Positions 9,150 through 19,300 of a DNA stretch of 64,000 bases are shown here, piece after piece; position 1 is the stretch's first letter; every line of letters begins with the position of its first letter. The position numbers were made by a program, and so were the translations under genes. Origin of the DNA: Erythrobacter sp. (GTDB taxonomy: Bacteria > Pseudomonadota > Alphaproteobacteria > Sphingomonadales > Sphingomonadaceae); contig PNJY01000001.1 of the NCBI GenBank assembly GCA_013822125.1, positions 16,700-80,699 of the forward strand, written 5' to 3'. The notes beneath the pieces are model-generated. The model did no database searches. It was not told the origin of the DNA and saw only the letters and a list, made by a program, of their open reading frames with translations.

Positions 9150-9791
9150 ATGACTGAGTTTCAGAAAGGAAAAGAAATGATCAAGAGTGCAGCCGGAGAT
9201 TGTTACTGGGGTGTCGATTTGAACGACGAGTACAGGCTGACCTTCATGGCTCGTGATGCTGACGGGAGCGAGAAGGCACTCTTTACCTTCCGTACGTTCG
9301 AGAAGGACAAGTTCCTGTCGATCGCGGTGATGCTAGGGGAAAGACAGCACATCTGGGGCAAATGGCGCGCTTTGGCGGAGAAGCATGGCGCTGCGGCGCT
9401 GGACCAGATCCTGGACACAGCGACGCCGCAGGGCCCCTTTCCGAATGTCGTTGACGCGAAGATTGCTGGTCACCCTGCCAACAAGCGAGCCGTGACAGTG
9501 TCGGTGCGCTTGGTTCCCTCGCGCAAGGTCGACCTGATCAGACACACATTTCAGACCTCGCAGCTGCGAAAGTCCTTCATGGGCTGGGCGAAAGAGGCTG
9601 GCCTTGGCGCGCGCCTCGATCTCTGCCTTGTCGGCCTGCTGAAAGGTACGAAAGCGCTTGCCGCCAAGATGGACGAGTATGCGCAAGCCGAGCTCGCTTA
9701 CGGCCTCGCGGTCCAGGACGCCATGTTGACAGCTCTTCAGGAAGGTCGCGATGAAGCCTTCATCCCTCCCATGCAATTGCCTCGTAGGTGA
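9150..9791 (+). CDS. hypothetical protein
   Basis: 213-aa ORF with normal codon bias; TATAAT at ~9132 upstream; start may be 9178. Confidence 0.7.
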   Translation: MTEFQKGKEMIKSAAGDCYWGVDLNDEYRLTFMARDADGSEKALFTFRTFEKDKFLSIAVMLGERQHIWGKWRALAEKHGAAALDQILDTATPQGPFPNVVDAKIAGHPANKRAVTVSVRLVPSRKVDLIRHTFQTSQLRKSFMGWAKEAGLGARLDLCLVGLLKGTKALAAKMDEYAQAELAYGLAVQDAMLTALQEGRDEAFIPPMQLPRR

Positions 9792-10005
9792 CGGGGGCCG
9801 GCAATGGAGCGGCGCGGGCGGAAACTGATCGTAGCTGCTGTAGCCACTCAGGATCAGGTCACGGTTCAGCAGGAGCGGACTGCAGCACTGCTCCTCGGCC
9901 GGCACCAAGGCATCCATCTCGGCAAGGGAGCTGGTCTGAACCCTCGTCAGACGTCGGAAAAAACAGGTCTGCGTGCGCTCTTCGAAGCGCCGTCACCCTC
10001 AAATC

Positions 10006-10605
10006 ATGAAAGCTGCACATATGCATTACATCGGTTGCGGACATCCAGATGTCCTGTCCTCGCTCGTTTTTGTTCGGACGGCGCCCGAGCTTGAGGAGGG
10101 CTCGCTGGTTTCGAGCCTTGCGCTGTTCACAGTAACCCGCTGCGGTGACAGTGAAGCGAGAATTGATCTTGTCCACACCCGGTTTGACCCCATGCAGGAC
10201 CGGGATGCCATCATTGCAGATGTCTGCCGGGCCATTCCCGACGGAACGCCGTTGCTGGTGCGCCAGCGATATCACGAATATTTGCCGGACTTTTCAGGCG
10301 AACTCCAGGCCGCACTGCCATTGCTCGACAACGGTCGGCTGGCCTGCGCGCTCCCGGGCACCACATTACTGCCACTCTGCAGCAGTGATGAGGAAATCTA
10401 TGCCAGCGGTGAGGCGGCAGGCCTCGATATGCCGGGCCCAGATTCGACGCCGCGCAAGTGCAATCGCCGCGCCCCGCTGGAAACCATGGCTCTTTGGTCA
10501 ATCTACGTCCGCGGCTTTTGTAAGGAGCGTGAGGCACGGGAACTCATCGCAGCCTTCGGTGCGTGGTATCTGCTCGAGCGAGTGAAGCCAATTCCCTCGA
10601 GGTAG
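10006..10605 (+). CDS. hypothetical protein
   Basis: ~200-aa ORF; start uncertain (9973/10006/10021). Confidence 0.6.
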   Translation: MKAAHMHYIGCGHPDVLSSLVFVRTAPELEEGSLVSSLALFTVTRCGDSEARIDLVHTRFDPMQDRDAIIADVCRAIPDGTPLLVRQRYHEYLPDFSGELQAALPLLDNGRLACALPGTTLLPLCSSDEEIYASGEAAGLDMPGPDSTPRKCNRRAPLETMALWSIYVRGFCKEREARELIAAFGAWYLLERVKPIPSR

Positions 10606-10659
10606 ACGCCTCACGAGACGGCGCTTGTTCAGACACGGCGCAAGGTACGGCTGAGCCGG

Positions 10660-10923
10660 CTACTCGCACGCCTTACCGTCGCCATCCCGGTCCAGATGTC
10701 GTCCATAGCCGGGTTGACCGCGGTAGATCGGAGCAGCACCCGCTGCCCGTGCCGCAGCACAGTTCGGGTAATAGACGTCACCTGACCGCGACGTCGTCGG
10801 CGCGGGAGGCTGTGTGCGGCTGCCGTGGCAATGACGCACGCCAGCCCTGCGATCAAAATGGCACCCATCCGCAGCCAAGCCTCCAGGATGGGCTTCGGCG
10901 ATTGAAGCGCCGACAAGCGTCAT
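10660..10923 (-). CDS. YHYH-motif / Excalibur calcium-binding domain small secreted protein
   Basis: AHPGGLAADGCH.DRR.G.RHCH followed by YYPNCAAARAAGAAPIYRGQPGYGRHLDRDGDGKACE; start may lie further upstream. Confidence 0.85.
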   Translation of the reverse strand: MTLVGASIAEAHPGGLAADGCHFDRRAGVRHCHGSRTQPPAPTTSRSGDVYYPNCAAARAAGAAPIYRGQPGYGRHLDRDGDGKACE

Positions 10924-11485
10924 GAGTCCGAGAAGAAAAGTAAGCACCCACGCTGCGGAGAAGATCAGGATTTCGATCCCCGCCCAGGCCGAGATTGCTT
11001 TGGCTTCTGCCCCGATTGCACTGCTCGAAATAAGCCTGTCCCTCATTTCGCTGATCGCCCGCATGGATGTGAATTGATGCTGTCGGATCTGGATGTGCAA
11101 TAATATCAGACAATTGACTTTTGAAGGGATAATCCGACACCCGGCTCAAGGATCGGACTTGATGCCGTTCATTGCGTTCATTTCTCACTGCAAACCCATC
11201 ATCGCAAATGATGGAGCCAATCTATCTCCAGCAGCATTACGAGGGGCGCCCCCAGCTACAAGTTCTGCGAAGATCGGGTTGAACACGCGAGGACGGCTCC
11301 AGCGAATGAACCAGGGTCAGATCGTCTTGTGCGGAACACGCCGAAGGACCGATGAGCGACTTTCCAGCCGATCCAGGTTAGCGCGCGCCTTATCTTGAGA
11401 AAATTAAGCGCAGTTATACAACATATTGCCGCTTGCTGATCCTGTGCGACGGAAGTAGGGAGTAGGTGAGGGGTCGCGCTCACTA

Positions 11486-13684
11486 ATGCCAGAATCAGTT
11501 GATAACCCCGCGGCGGGACCCGCCGATGCGGCGCTGGCGAGCTTCGTCTTGCTGGCGCAGTTTCTTGGTATCCCGGCAGACGCCCAGCAGATCCACCATG
11601 ATCGCGGGCAGGGCGACCAGCCATACTCCTTCGACGACCTGATCCGCGTTGCCAAGAAGCTCGGCCTGATGGCTCGCCGCAAGGAAGCGGCAGTCGCGGA
11701 ACTCTCGAAACTGCCCCTGCCCGCCTTGGTGAAACTGTCGGGCGACGACACGGCGATCCTGCTCAAGATCGACGACAGCGGCGAGACCGGCACGCGTTAC
11801 ATGGTGCTGCGCAGCGATAGCCAGCGCCCCGAGGTGTGGAGCGAGGCCGACGTCTCCGCGCGTTTTGCGCTGAAGAGCGACAAGGTCGAACTGCTGCTGA
11901 TGACAAGCCGCGAGCATATCGCGGGGCAGAAGCGCGCCTTCGATATCTCTTGGTTCATCCCCGCGCTGGTCAAATACCGCAGGCCACTTCGGGACGTGCT
12001 GATCGGCAGTTTCTTCCTTCAGCTGGTCGGCCTTGCCTCGCCGATCTTCTTCCAGCTGGTGATCGACAAGGTGCTGGTCAATCAGACGATCAGCACGCTC
12101 GAGGTGCTGGCGATCGGCCTCACAGCGATCCTGATCTTCGAGACTCTGCTGTCGGCGCTGCGCAACTGGCTGTTCGCGCACACCTCTAACCGGGTCGATG
12201 CCGAGCTGTCGGCAGCGCTGTTCCGGCACCTTGTCGCTCTGCCATTGTCTTACTTTGAGGCGCGTCGTGTGGGCGACAGCGTAGCGCGGGTGCGCGAGCT
12301 CGAGAGCATCCGCAACTTCCTCACCTCCAACGCGGTGACGGTGGTGATCGACCTGTTCTTCACCATCGTCTTTTTCGCCGTGATGTACCTCTATTCACCG
12401 CTTCTGACGCTGATCGTGGCGCTGACGATCCCGGTCTATGTCGCAATCTCGGGGCTCGTCACACCGCCTTTGCGCGCGCGGCTCGACGAGAAGTTCAAGC
12501 GCGGGGCGGAGAACCAGTCCTTCCTCGTCGAAACCGTCACCGGCATCGGCACGCTCAAGGCGATGGCGGTGGAGCCGCGGATGCGCGACCGGTGGGAGAA
12601 GCAGTTCGCCGGCTATATCCAGACGGGATGGGACGTCACCGTGCTGTCCAACTGGGGCAGCCACCTCATCCAGCTGGTCTCGAAGCTGTCGACGGTCGCA
12701 ATCCTGTTCTTTGGCGCCAAAGCGGTCATTGCCGGCGATCTCAGCGTCGGGAGCCTCGTTGCCTTCAACATGCTGTCGGGCCGTGTCGCGCAGCCCATCC
12801 TGCGCCTGTCGCAGCTGTGGCAGGATTTCCAGCAGGTGCGCATTTCGGTCGACCGGCTGGGCGATATCCTCAACTCGCCCGCCGAGCCCGAGCATAATCC
12901 CAACCGCGCCACTCTGCCGCCGATCAAGGGGCGGGTCGAGTTCGACAAGGTCCGCTTCCGCTATCGCCCCGATGCGCCCGAGGCGCTGCGCGGGATCAGC
13001 CTCGACATCGCGCCGGGGGAAATGATCGGGATTGTCGGCCCTTCGGGATCGGGCAAGTCGACGCTGACCAAGCTGGTGCAGCGACTCTACGTGCCCGAAC
13101 AGGGTCGGGTGCTGGTCGACGGGACGGATCTCGCGCTGGTCGATCCCGCATGGCTGCGGCGGCAGGTGGGGGTGGTGCTGCAGGAAAATATCCTGTTCAA
13201 CCGCACCGTGCGCGAAAACATCGCGCTCGCCAATCCGACCCTGCCGATGGACCGGGTGATCGCCGCGGCCGAACTGGCCGGCGCGCACGAATTCATCCTC
13301 GGCCTTGCGCAAGGCTATGACACGGTCATCGAGGAGCGCGGCGCGAACCTTTCGGGCGGGCAGCGCCAGCGCCTTGCCATCGCCCGCGCGCTGATCACCG
13401 ATCCGCGCATCCTGATCCTCGACGAGGCGACCAGCGCCCTCGATGCCGAGAGCGAGGAGATCATCCAGAACAACCTCGCCCGGATCGCGGAAGGGCGCAC
13501 CGTGCTGATCATCGCCCACCGCCTGTCCGCGGTGCGTCCGTGCGACCGGATCATCACCGTCGAGGCGGGCGAGATCACCGAGATCGGCTCGCACCACGAA
13601 CTGCTGCGCGCCGGCGGGCGCTATGCCCAGCTCCACGCCAAGCAGACCGGCTATCGTCCCGATGCCGAGGTGGTGCCGGCATGA
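11486..13684 (+). CDS. hlyB: type I secretion ABC transporter (HlyB family, C39-like N-domain)
   Basis: Walker A GPSGSGKS, LSGGQRQR signature, ILILDEATSALD; ABC transmembrane domain; N-terminal C39-like domain with no catalytic Cys seen. Confidence 0.95.
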   Translation: MPESVDNPAAGPADAALASFVLLAQFLGIPADAQQIHHDRGQGDQPYSFDDLIRVAKKLGLMARRKEAAVAELSKLPLPALVKLSGDDTAILLKIDDSGETGTRYMVLRSDSQRPEVWSEADVSARFALKSDKVELLLMTSREHIAGQKRAFDISWFIPALVKYRRPLRDVLIGSFFLQLVGLASPIFFQLVIDKVLVNQTISTLEVLAIGLTAILIFETLLSALRNWLFAHTSNRVDAELSAALFRHLVALPLSYFEARRVGDSVARVRELESIRNFLTSNAVTVVIDLFFTIVFFAVMYLYSPLLTLIVALTIPVYVAISGLVTPPLRARLDEKFKRGAENQSFLVETVTGIGTLKAMAVEPRMRDRWEKQFAGYIQTGWDVTVLSNWGSHLIQLVSKLSTVAILFFGAKAVIAGDLSVGSLVAFNMLSGRVAQPILRLSQLWQDFQQVRISVDRLGDILNSPAEPEHNPNRATLPPIKGRVEFDKVRFRYRPDAPEALRGISLDIAPGEMIGIVGPSGSGKSTLTKLVQRLYVPEQGRVLVDGTDLALVDPAWLRRQVGVVLQENILFNRTVRENIALANPTLPMDRVIAAAELAGAHEFILGLAQGYDTVIEERGANLSGGQRQRLAIARALITDPRILILDEATSALDAESEEIIQNNLARIAEGRTVLIIAHRLSAVRPCDRIITVEAGEITEIGSHHELLRAGGRYAQLHAKQTGYRPDAEVVPA

Positions 13685-15177
13685 GCCTGCTCGCCGAACG
13701 CTTCCCCACGCTCGCGCGGCATTGGCAGGTGCTGCGCGAGAGCTGGCGCTGGCAGAACGAGGCGGACAAGGCCTTCAAGCCCAAGGCCGAGCATGAATTC
13801 CTGCCCGCCGCGCTCGAAATCATGGAAAAGCCGCCGAGCCCGGGGCTCAGGTGGCTGATGCTGATGACCTGCGGGCTGATGGTGCTGGCGCTGATCTGGG
13901 CGATTATCGGCCGCGTCGATGTGGTCGCGACCGCGGCGGGCAAGACCGTGCCGGGCGAGAACGTCAAGATCGTGCAGCCGATCGAAATCGGTGCGGTGCG
14001 TGCGATCCATGTCCGCAATGGCCAATTCGTGAAGAAGGGCGAGCTGCTGATCGAGCTCGACCCGACGCTCGCCACAGCAGACGAGGCGCAGAGCACCCAG
14101 TCGCTCCGTTCGGCGCAGATCATCAAGGCGCGCAACGATGCCCTCCTTGCCCACCTGCGCGGCGCGCCCGCCCGGTTCGTGGCGCCGGAGAGGACATCCC
14201 CTGATATCGTCGCCACCGAAGAAGCCTTCGTCCGCAATGCGGTCGCGCAATACGAGGCGCAGAGAAGCGCGCTCGTCCAGCAGCGGGCCGAAAGTGAAGC
14301 CGACCTTGCAGCCACGAAGGCCGAAATCGCCAAGCTGGAGGAAGCGCTCCCCTATATCGACAAGCAGCTTAATGCACGGGCAGAGCTAGCAAAGAAGGGC
14401 TTCTTTGCGAACCTCAAGCTCCTCGAGTACGAACAGCTGCGCGCCGAGCATGTTCGCAACATCGAAGTGCAGCGCGCCAACTTCGCGCGGTCCGAAGCTT
14501 CGATCCGGCGGCTCGATGCCGAATTGCTCGCCCTGCGCGCCGGGTTCGGGCGCACCGCGGTGACCGACTTTGCGGAGGCCGAGAGCGAGGCGGGGCTTGC
14601 CAGCGAGCAACTGCGCAAGGCGGCGAGGATGCGGCAATATCAGGAGCTGCGCGCGCCGGTCGATGGCGTGGTGCAGCAGCTGGCCGTGACGACCGTTGGC
14701 GGGATCGTCCAGCCCGCTCAGCCGCTGATGGTGATCGTGCCCTGTTCTGGCGGCGGGACAGACGCGGCGAGCTGCAACGGCGGCGTAACGGTTGAAGCCT
14801 TCGTGCAGAACAAGGATATTGGCTTTGTGAAGGTTGGCCAACGGGTGGCGGTAAAGCTCGAAGCGTTCAACTTCACGGATTACGGCCTAATCGAGGGCAA
14901 GGTCACCACCATCAGCCGCGATGCGATCGACCAGAGCCAGCAGCCAGTGGGCAGCGTGCGCGACGAGAATGGACGCCCGATCCAGCCCGGCCTCGTCTAT
15001 GCCGCGAAGGTCGAGCTTGCCTGCGGGCGGCAAAACTTGGCGCGCCATCCGCTGTGCGACCGGGTGCAGCCCGGCATGGCGGTGCAGGCTGAGATCAAGA
15101 CCGGGCGTCGGCGGATCATCCAGTACCTGCTTTCGCCGATCAGCCAGGCGCTGAGCGAGGCGGGGCGGGAGAAGTGA
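13681..15177 (+). CDS. hlyD: type I secretion periplasmic adaptor (HlyD family)
   Basis: EFLPAALEI, single TM, VRNGQFVKKGELLIELD, APVDGVVQQL, PGM.VQAEIKTGRRRIIQYLLSP; ATGA overlap with hlyB. Confidence 0.95.
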   Translation: MSLLAERFPTLARHWQVLRESWRWQNEADKAFKPKAEHEFLPAALEIMEKPPSPGLRWLMLMTCGLMVLALIWAIIGRVDVVATAAGKTVPGENVKIVQPIEIGAVRAIHVRNGQFVKKGELLIELDPTLATADEAQSTQSLRSAQIIKARNDALLAHLRGAPARFVAPERTSPDIVATEEAFVRNAVAQYEAQRSALVQQRAESEADLAATKAEIAKLEEALPYIDKQLNARAELAKKGFFANLKLLEYEQLRAEHVRNIEVQRANFARSEASIRRLDAELLALRAGFGRTAVTDFAEAESEAGLASEQLRKAARMRQYQELRAPVDGVVQQLAVTTVGGIVQPAQPLMVIVPCSGGGTDAASCNGGVTVEAFVQNKDIGFVKVGQRVAVKLEAFNFTDYGLIEGKVTTISRDAIDQSQQPVGSVRDENGRPIQPGLVYAAKVELACGRQNLARHPLCDRVQPGMAVQAEIKTGRRRIIQYLLSPISQALSEAGREK

Positions 15178-15604
15178 TCAGCTTCTCTGGGGCACCGCAG
15201 GCCGCCAACCAGCTCATAATTGCCTGATAGGTGCCCCTTGCCGTTAGACATTGGATTGTAGCGATAAAGCTCTTGCATCTGTGACCGAAATGCGCAGGAT
15301 GAAGGGTGAATGAGAGGGGCGCGCCGTTGTTACTCATGAATTTGAGCAATTCTGTGTTCTGCGCGAAAGCGCTGCGCCGTAAGCCATTCGCAATCCGGTG
15401 TCGTGACCCTTTAGCTTCTGCCGCATTCGAGCGCTTTCGTGCCCAGCCGACTGTGCGAGTTCCAGTTCTGCATGGTTCACTCTCTGTTCTGGATAGAAAT
15501 ACGAGGCTTCTTCTTCCTGTAGAAGGTGGCTCCAAGCTGCTTCGATTCTTCGCGCAGCGCCGAGGTGCGGCAGCAATCCGCAATTGTTATTCGGAGGCGT
15601 GTCA

Positions 15605-16327
15605 ATGATGCGACGATCGCTCCTTCAGGTACTTGGAACTGGGTTACTTAGCCTTACGTTGCCGGCTTGCTCATCTGCCAAGGACACGGCTCCAGATTAC
15701 CGCTATCGTCTCACGGTCGAGGTCGAGACTCACGAGGGCCTAAGATCGGGGGCGAGCGTGATCGAAGTCCGGCAAAACATCGGCCGATCCGGCAGCAGCC
15801 CGCTCCATTCGCAAATATACCGCCATGCCAAGGGCGAAGCGGTGGCCGTCGATCTGCCGGGAGGCAAGACGCTGTTTGCGCTGTTGCGTTCCGACAGTGA
15901 CGTTGAATGGGCGGCTCAAGTCATGCATCTGCTCGCGCCCCAGATCCAAGGCGAGACCAGCCAAGATTCGTTTGACAATGTGCTGCTGATCAAGGGCAAG
16001 GTCGAAGTTCCCCGCACTTTCCCGCGCGTCGCGTGGATACCAACGCGCTCAGCCTACCCGATGATGGTGGTTTTCGGTGATCCCACCGATCCGACTAGCG
16101 TGACTAAAGTTGATCCAGATGATCTTGCGGCGACGTTTGGCGAGGGAGTGAAACTGAAGCGCGTTACTGTCGAGCTGACCGACGATCCTGTGAGCACCGG
16201 GATTGAGAAGCGGTTGGCCTGGTTGAGCAGCTATCCTGAACCGAGTTTGCGGCCGGGACACGACCTTAACGACTTTAGTTTGCCAGCCACACTTCGGCAC
16301 GGCGACTTTCGGCGAGGACAAAATTAA
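15605..16327 (+). CDS. lipoprotein of unknown function (candidate immunity protein)
   Basis: RR-containing signal peptide with lipobox-like LPAC; GGAGG RBS; TAATG overlap with the giant RTX gene. Confidence 0.75.
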   Translation: MMRRSLLQVLGTGLLSLTLPACSSAKDTAPDYRYRLTVEVETHEGLRSGASVIEVRQNIGRSGSSPLHSQIYRHAKGEAVAVDLPGGKTLFALLRSDSDVEWAAQVMHLLAPQIQGETSQDSFDNVLLIKGKVEVPRTFPRVAWIPTRSAYPMMVVFGDPTDPTSVTKVDPDDLAATFGEGVKLKRVTVELTDDPVSTGIEKRLAWLSSYPEPSLRPGHDLNDFSLPATLRHGDFRRGQN

Positions 16328-19300
16328 TGTTGAGCCCTGACGTCTTCTTATCGCTGCTAGCTCTAGATGCATACAATCGAGGTTACGGGCGTGGCGTATT
16401 CGCCAATGGTAGTGCGAACGATGACAGCGAAGCCGGCCGAAAGATTGGCAACGCGACGATCTTAAACGTCGACTTGCCTGCTGGTTCAGAGGCAGTAGGC
16501 TTTTACGCAATCGCATACGAATTGGACGGTGCAAAAATAATCTCTTACCGTGGAACGAATTTCGAATTCAATTCGCTCAACGAGTTTCTGAGCAGTCCAG
16601 CAATATTGGATATCTACAATGGCTGGGGTATAGGAGGTGGCTACGCTCCGTCTAGTCAGGCTCAATTAGCGATAAATTTTTATGAAAGTGTAGCAGGCGG
16701 TCTGTCCATTTATGATACAAATGGAGGTACAACTACACTTGTCGGCCATTCCCTCGGAGGTGGGCTAGCTGGATTTGTAGGTGCTTTAGGAAAAGTTGAT
16801 ACTTTTGCTTATGACCATATGCCTTTTATGAAGGCAGCCGAGGCGCAGGCTCTTTCGGTCGCACTTTCACGCGCTCTTGATGCTGCAAGAGCGCAGTTTG
16901 ACTCAAGTCTAGGTCTTTCATCGCTAGTGGCACCAGCTTTGGCCGGTCCCGGCAGTCCTCTATATGATGTACTGCAAGCTTTCACTGATGAATTTGTAGA
17001 TCAATGGAGGAGAGTCCGGCCAAGTGCGGAAACAATCAAAGGAATTTACGTTGAGGGAGAGCTTGTTGTCCCGATTCGTGCACTTGATAGTGCTATAAAC
17101 GGGATCGATGGATCGCTTCTAGCTCCTCTTCTTGTCTACTTAAGAGGAGCACTTTCAGCGCTCGACGTTGAAGGCAATTATTCAGAAGACATTGTAGTTA
17201 AAGATCCTGTCAGTAACAGAGGTATCGAGTTCGGCGGCGGCTTTGCTGATCTCGTTGGCCGGCATTCGATATCTCTTCTGACGATTTTGCAGTTCGGTGA
17301 GAAGCAATGGTCGGCTGAGCGCGGGCAAGAAGGATGGAAAAATTCTGCTAAATTTATCTTCGATAAAATCAGTGATGATGGAATTGGCTCTTCAGTAGGA
17401 CTTAGGCAGGGGCAGACGGGAGGGGCGTCTGAAGGCGATCAACTTAGCTCAGTCGTGGCATACTCCGCCATCAATGAAGGCACCCGTCTTTTTGGCGATA
17501 CTGGAATCCGCGCGCTGTTCAACGATGCTGACGACCTCGGACGACTTCTCGGCCGCACGTACAATGTCCTTAGTGAAGAAACCACCAACCTAATTGGGGG
17601 TCTCATCGCTGAGTTCTCGGGTTTGCTTGCGAAAAATCAGGTTCTTTCTGCTTCTTCTCCGCAGGCACTTAGTGGCGTCATTTCAGTCGGCGAGTCCTCG
17701 CCCTATCTAACAATCCGAACAGATCGAGATTATTGGTCGACATTCGGCGATAATCCGACTTTCTTTTCGAGACAGAGTAGCCTTCTGATTTCGAACATTT
17801 TCAAAGAGAATCTTTCTGGGGCGGCGCAATCGGAACTGAGATCCTGGCTGAACGAAGCTGCCTCAAAGAAGGGATTCCAAATCACGCCCCTTACGACGCT
17901 AGCAGAATATATAGATTATGTTTCCTTTACGTTCGCTGGAGATTCCCTGTTTAGGGGCAACGATGATCCGAGTTACAACGGATTCCAATTGTTTGTTGGG
18001 CAAGATGGAAACCAATCAGTCGGTCCTGAAGCAGGCTTTAAGAATACCTTATTGGAAGGTAGCGATATCTTCATCGGGGCAAATGGCCGGAACCATTTGC
18101 TAGGGCTCGGTGGTCATGATGCGCTCATCGGGGGCAGAGGGGTCGACGAACTTGATGGCGGTGCAGGCGACGACCTAATTGTCGGCGGAAGAGGTCCAGA
18201 CACCCTTAAAGGCGGATCCGGCAAAGACATCATCCATGCAGGTGACTTTGACGAAGCTGAGGACAGCGCGGGCGATACTCTCACGGGCGGAACTGGAGAC
18301 GACATATTCTATATTGGAAACGGAGACCGAATTACCGATATTGATCGCGGCGACACGGTTTTCCTCAGAGGCAAGAGGCTCAGTGGAGGGAAGGAGACAA
18401 AACCTGGTTCCCGTATTTTTCTCGATGAGCAGGGTGGCAGGTTCGTTTGGGCGGCGGATGGTACGCTCACATATTCGATCAATCCGACCATTTCGATCGA
18501 GGGCTTTCGCAACGGCTATGGGGGTATCAGGCTGATCGAGGCCGAGGACGATGAGGAAGATGATGATGGTGGCAATGATGACGATGATGGCGGTCGTCCT
18601 GATTTCGATCCGGCTGAGCGCCTTCGCGATCCGCTGATTATCGATCTTGACGGTGATCGCAACGTCATTTCCGGTCGCGACAGCGTCGCTGCCTACTTCG
18701 ATATCGACAACGACGGCTTCTCCGAGCGCGTCTCTTGGGCTCGAGCAGGCGATGGTTTCCTCGTTCGCGATCTCGACGGCAACGGCTTGATCGAAACCGG
18801 TTCGGAGTTGTTCGGCACCGGGGCCGTGGACTCGAGCGCTGCGCAGCTCCAGCCATTCGGCGAAGACGGTTTTGCTGAGCTTGCGTTGCTCGACAGCAAT
18901 TTCGATGGCGCTATCACCGCCGCGGACACGCTGTTCTCGCAGCTCCGGGTTTGGATCGATGCCAATCTTGATGCGAGGACCGACGCTGGCGAGTTGGTAA
19001 CGCTGGAATCCCTGGGCATCGTTTCGATCAGCCTCAGCACTTTCGATTCTGACCACGTTGCCATCACTAACGATGCCTCGGTGATCACACGCGCGTCGAC
19101 CGTCGGCTTCGCAAATGGCTCCACGCGCACGATTTACGATGCCTATCTATCGGTCGACCAGTTTGACGCACGCGAACTCGCGGGCGATGTCACTGTCGAC
19201 GAGCGCATTGCTGATCTTCCCTTCCTGCTTGGGTCCGGCAACGTGTCAGACCTCGACATCGCGATGTCGCGCGACGCTGGTCTTGCCGAGCTGGTGCGCG

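Noticed and set aside
15178-15604. 427-bp gap between hlyD and the lipoprotein with short ORFs (15334-15576, 15306-15608)
   Set aside because: No RBS or recognisable homology; could be a gene remnant or promoter region but cannot be supported
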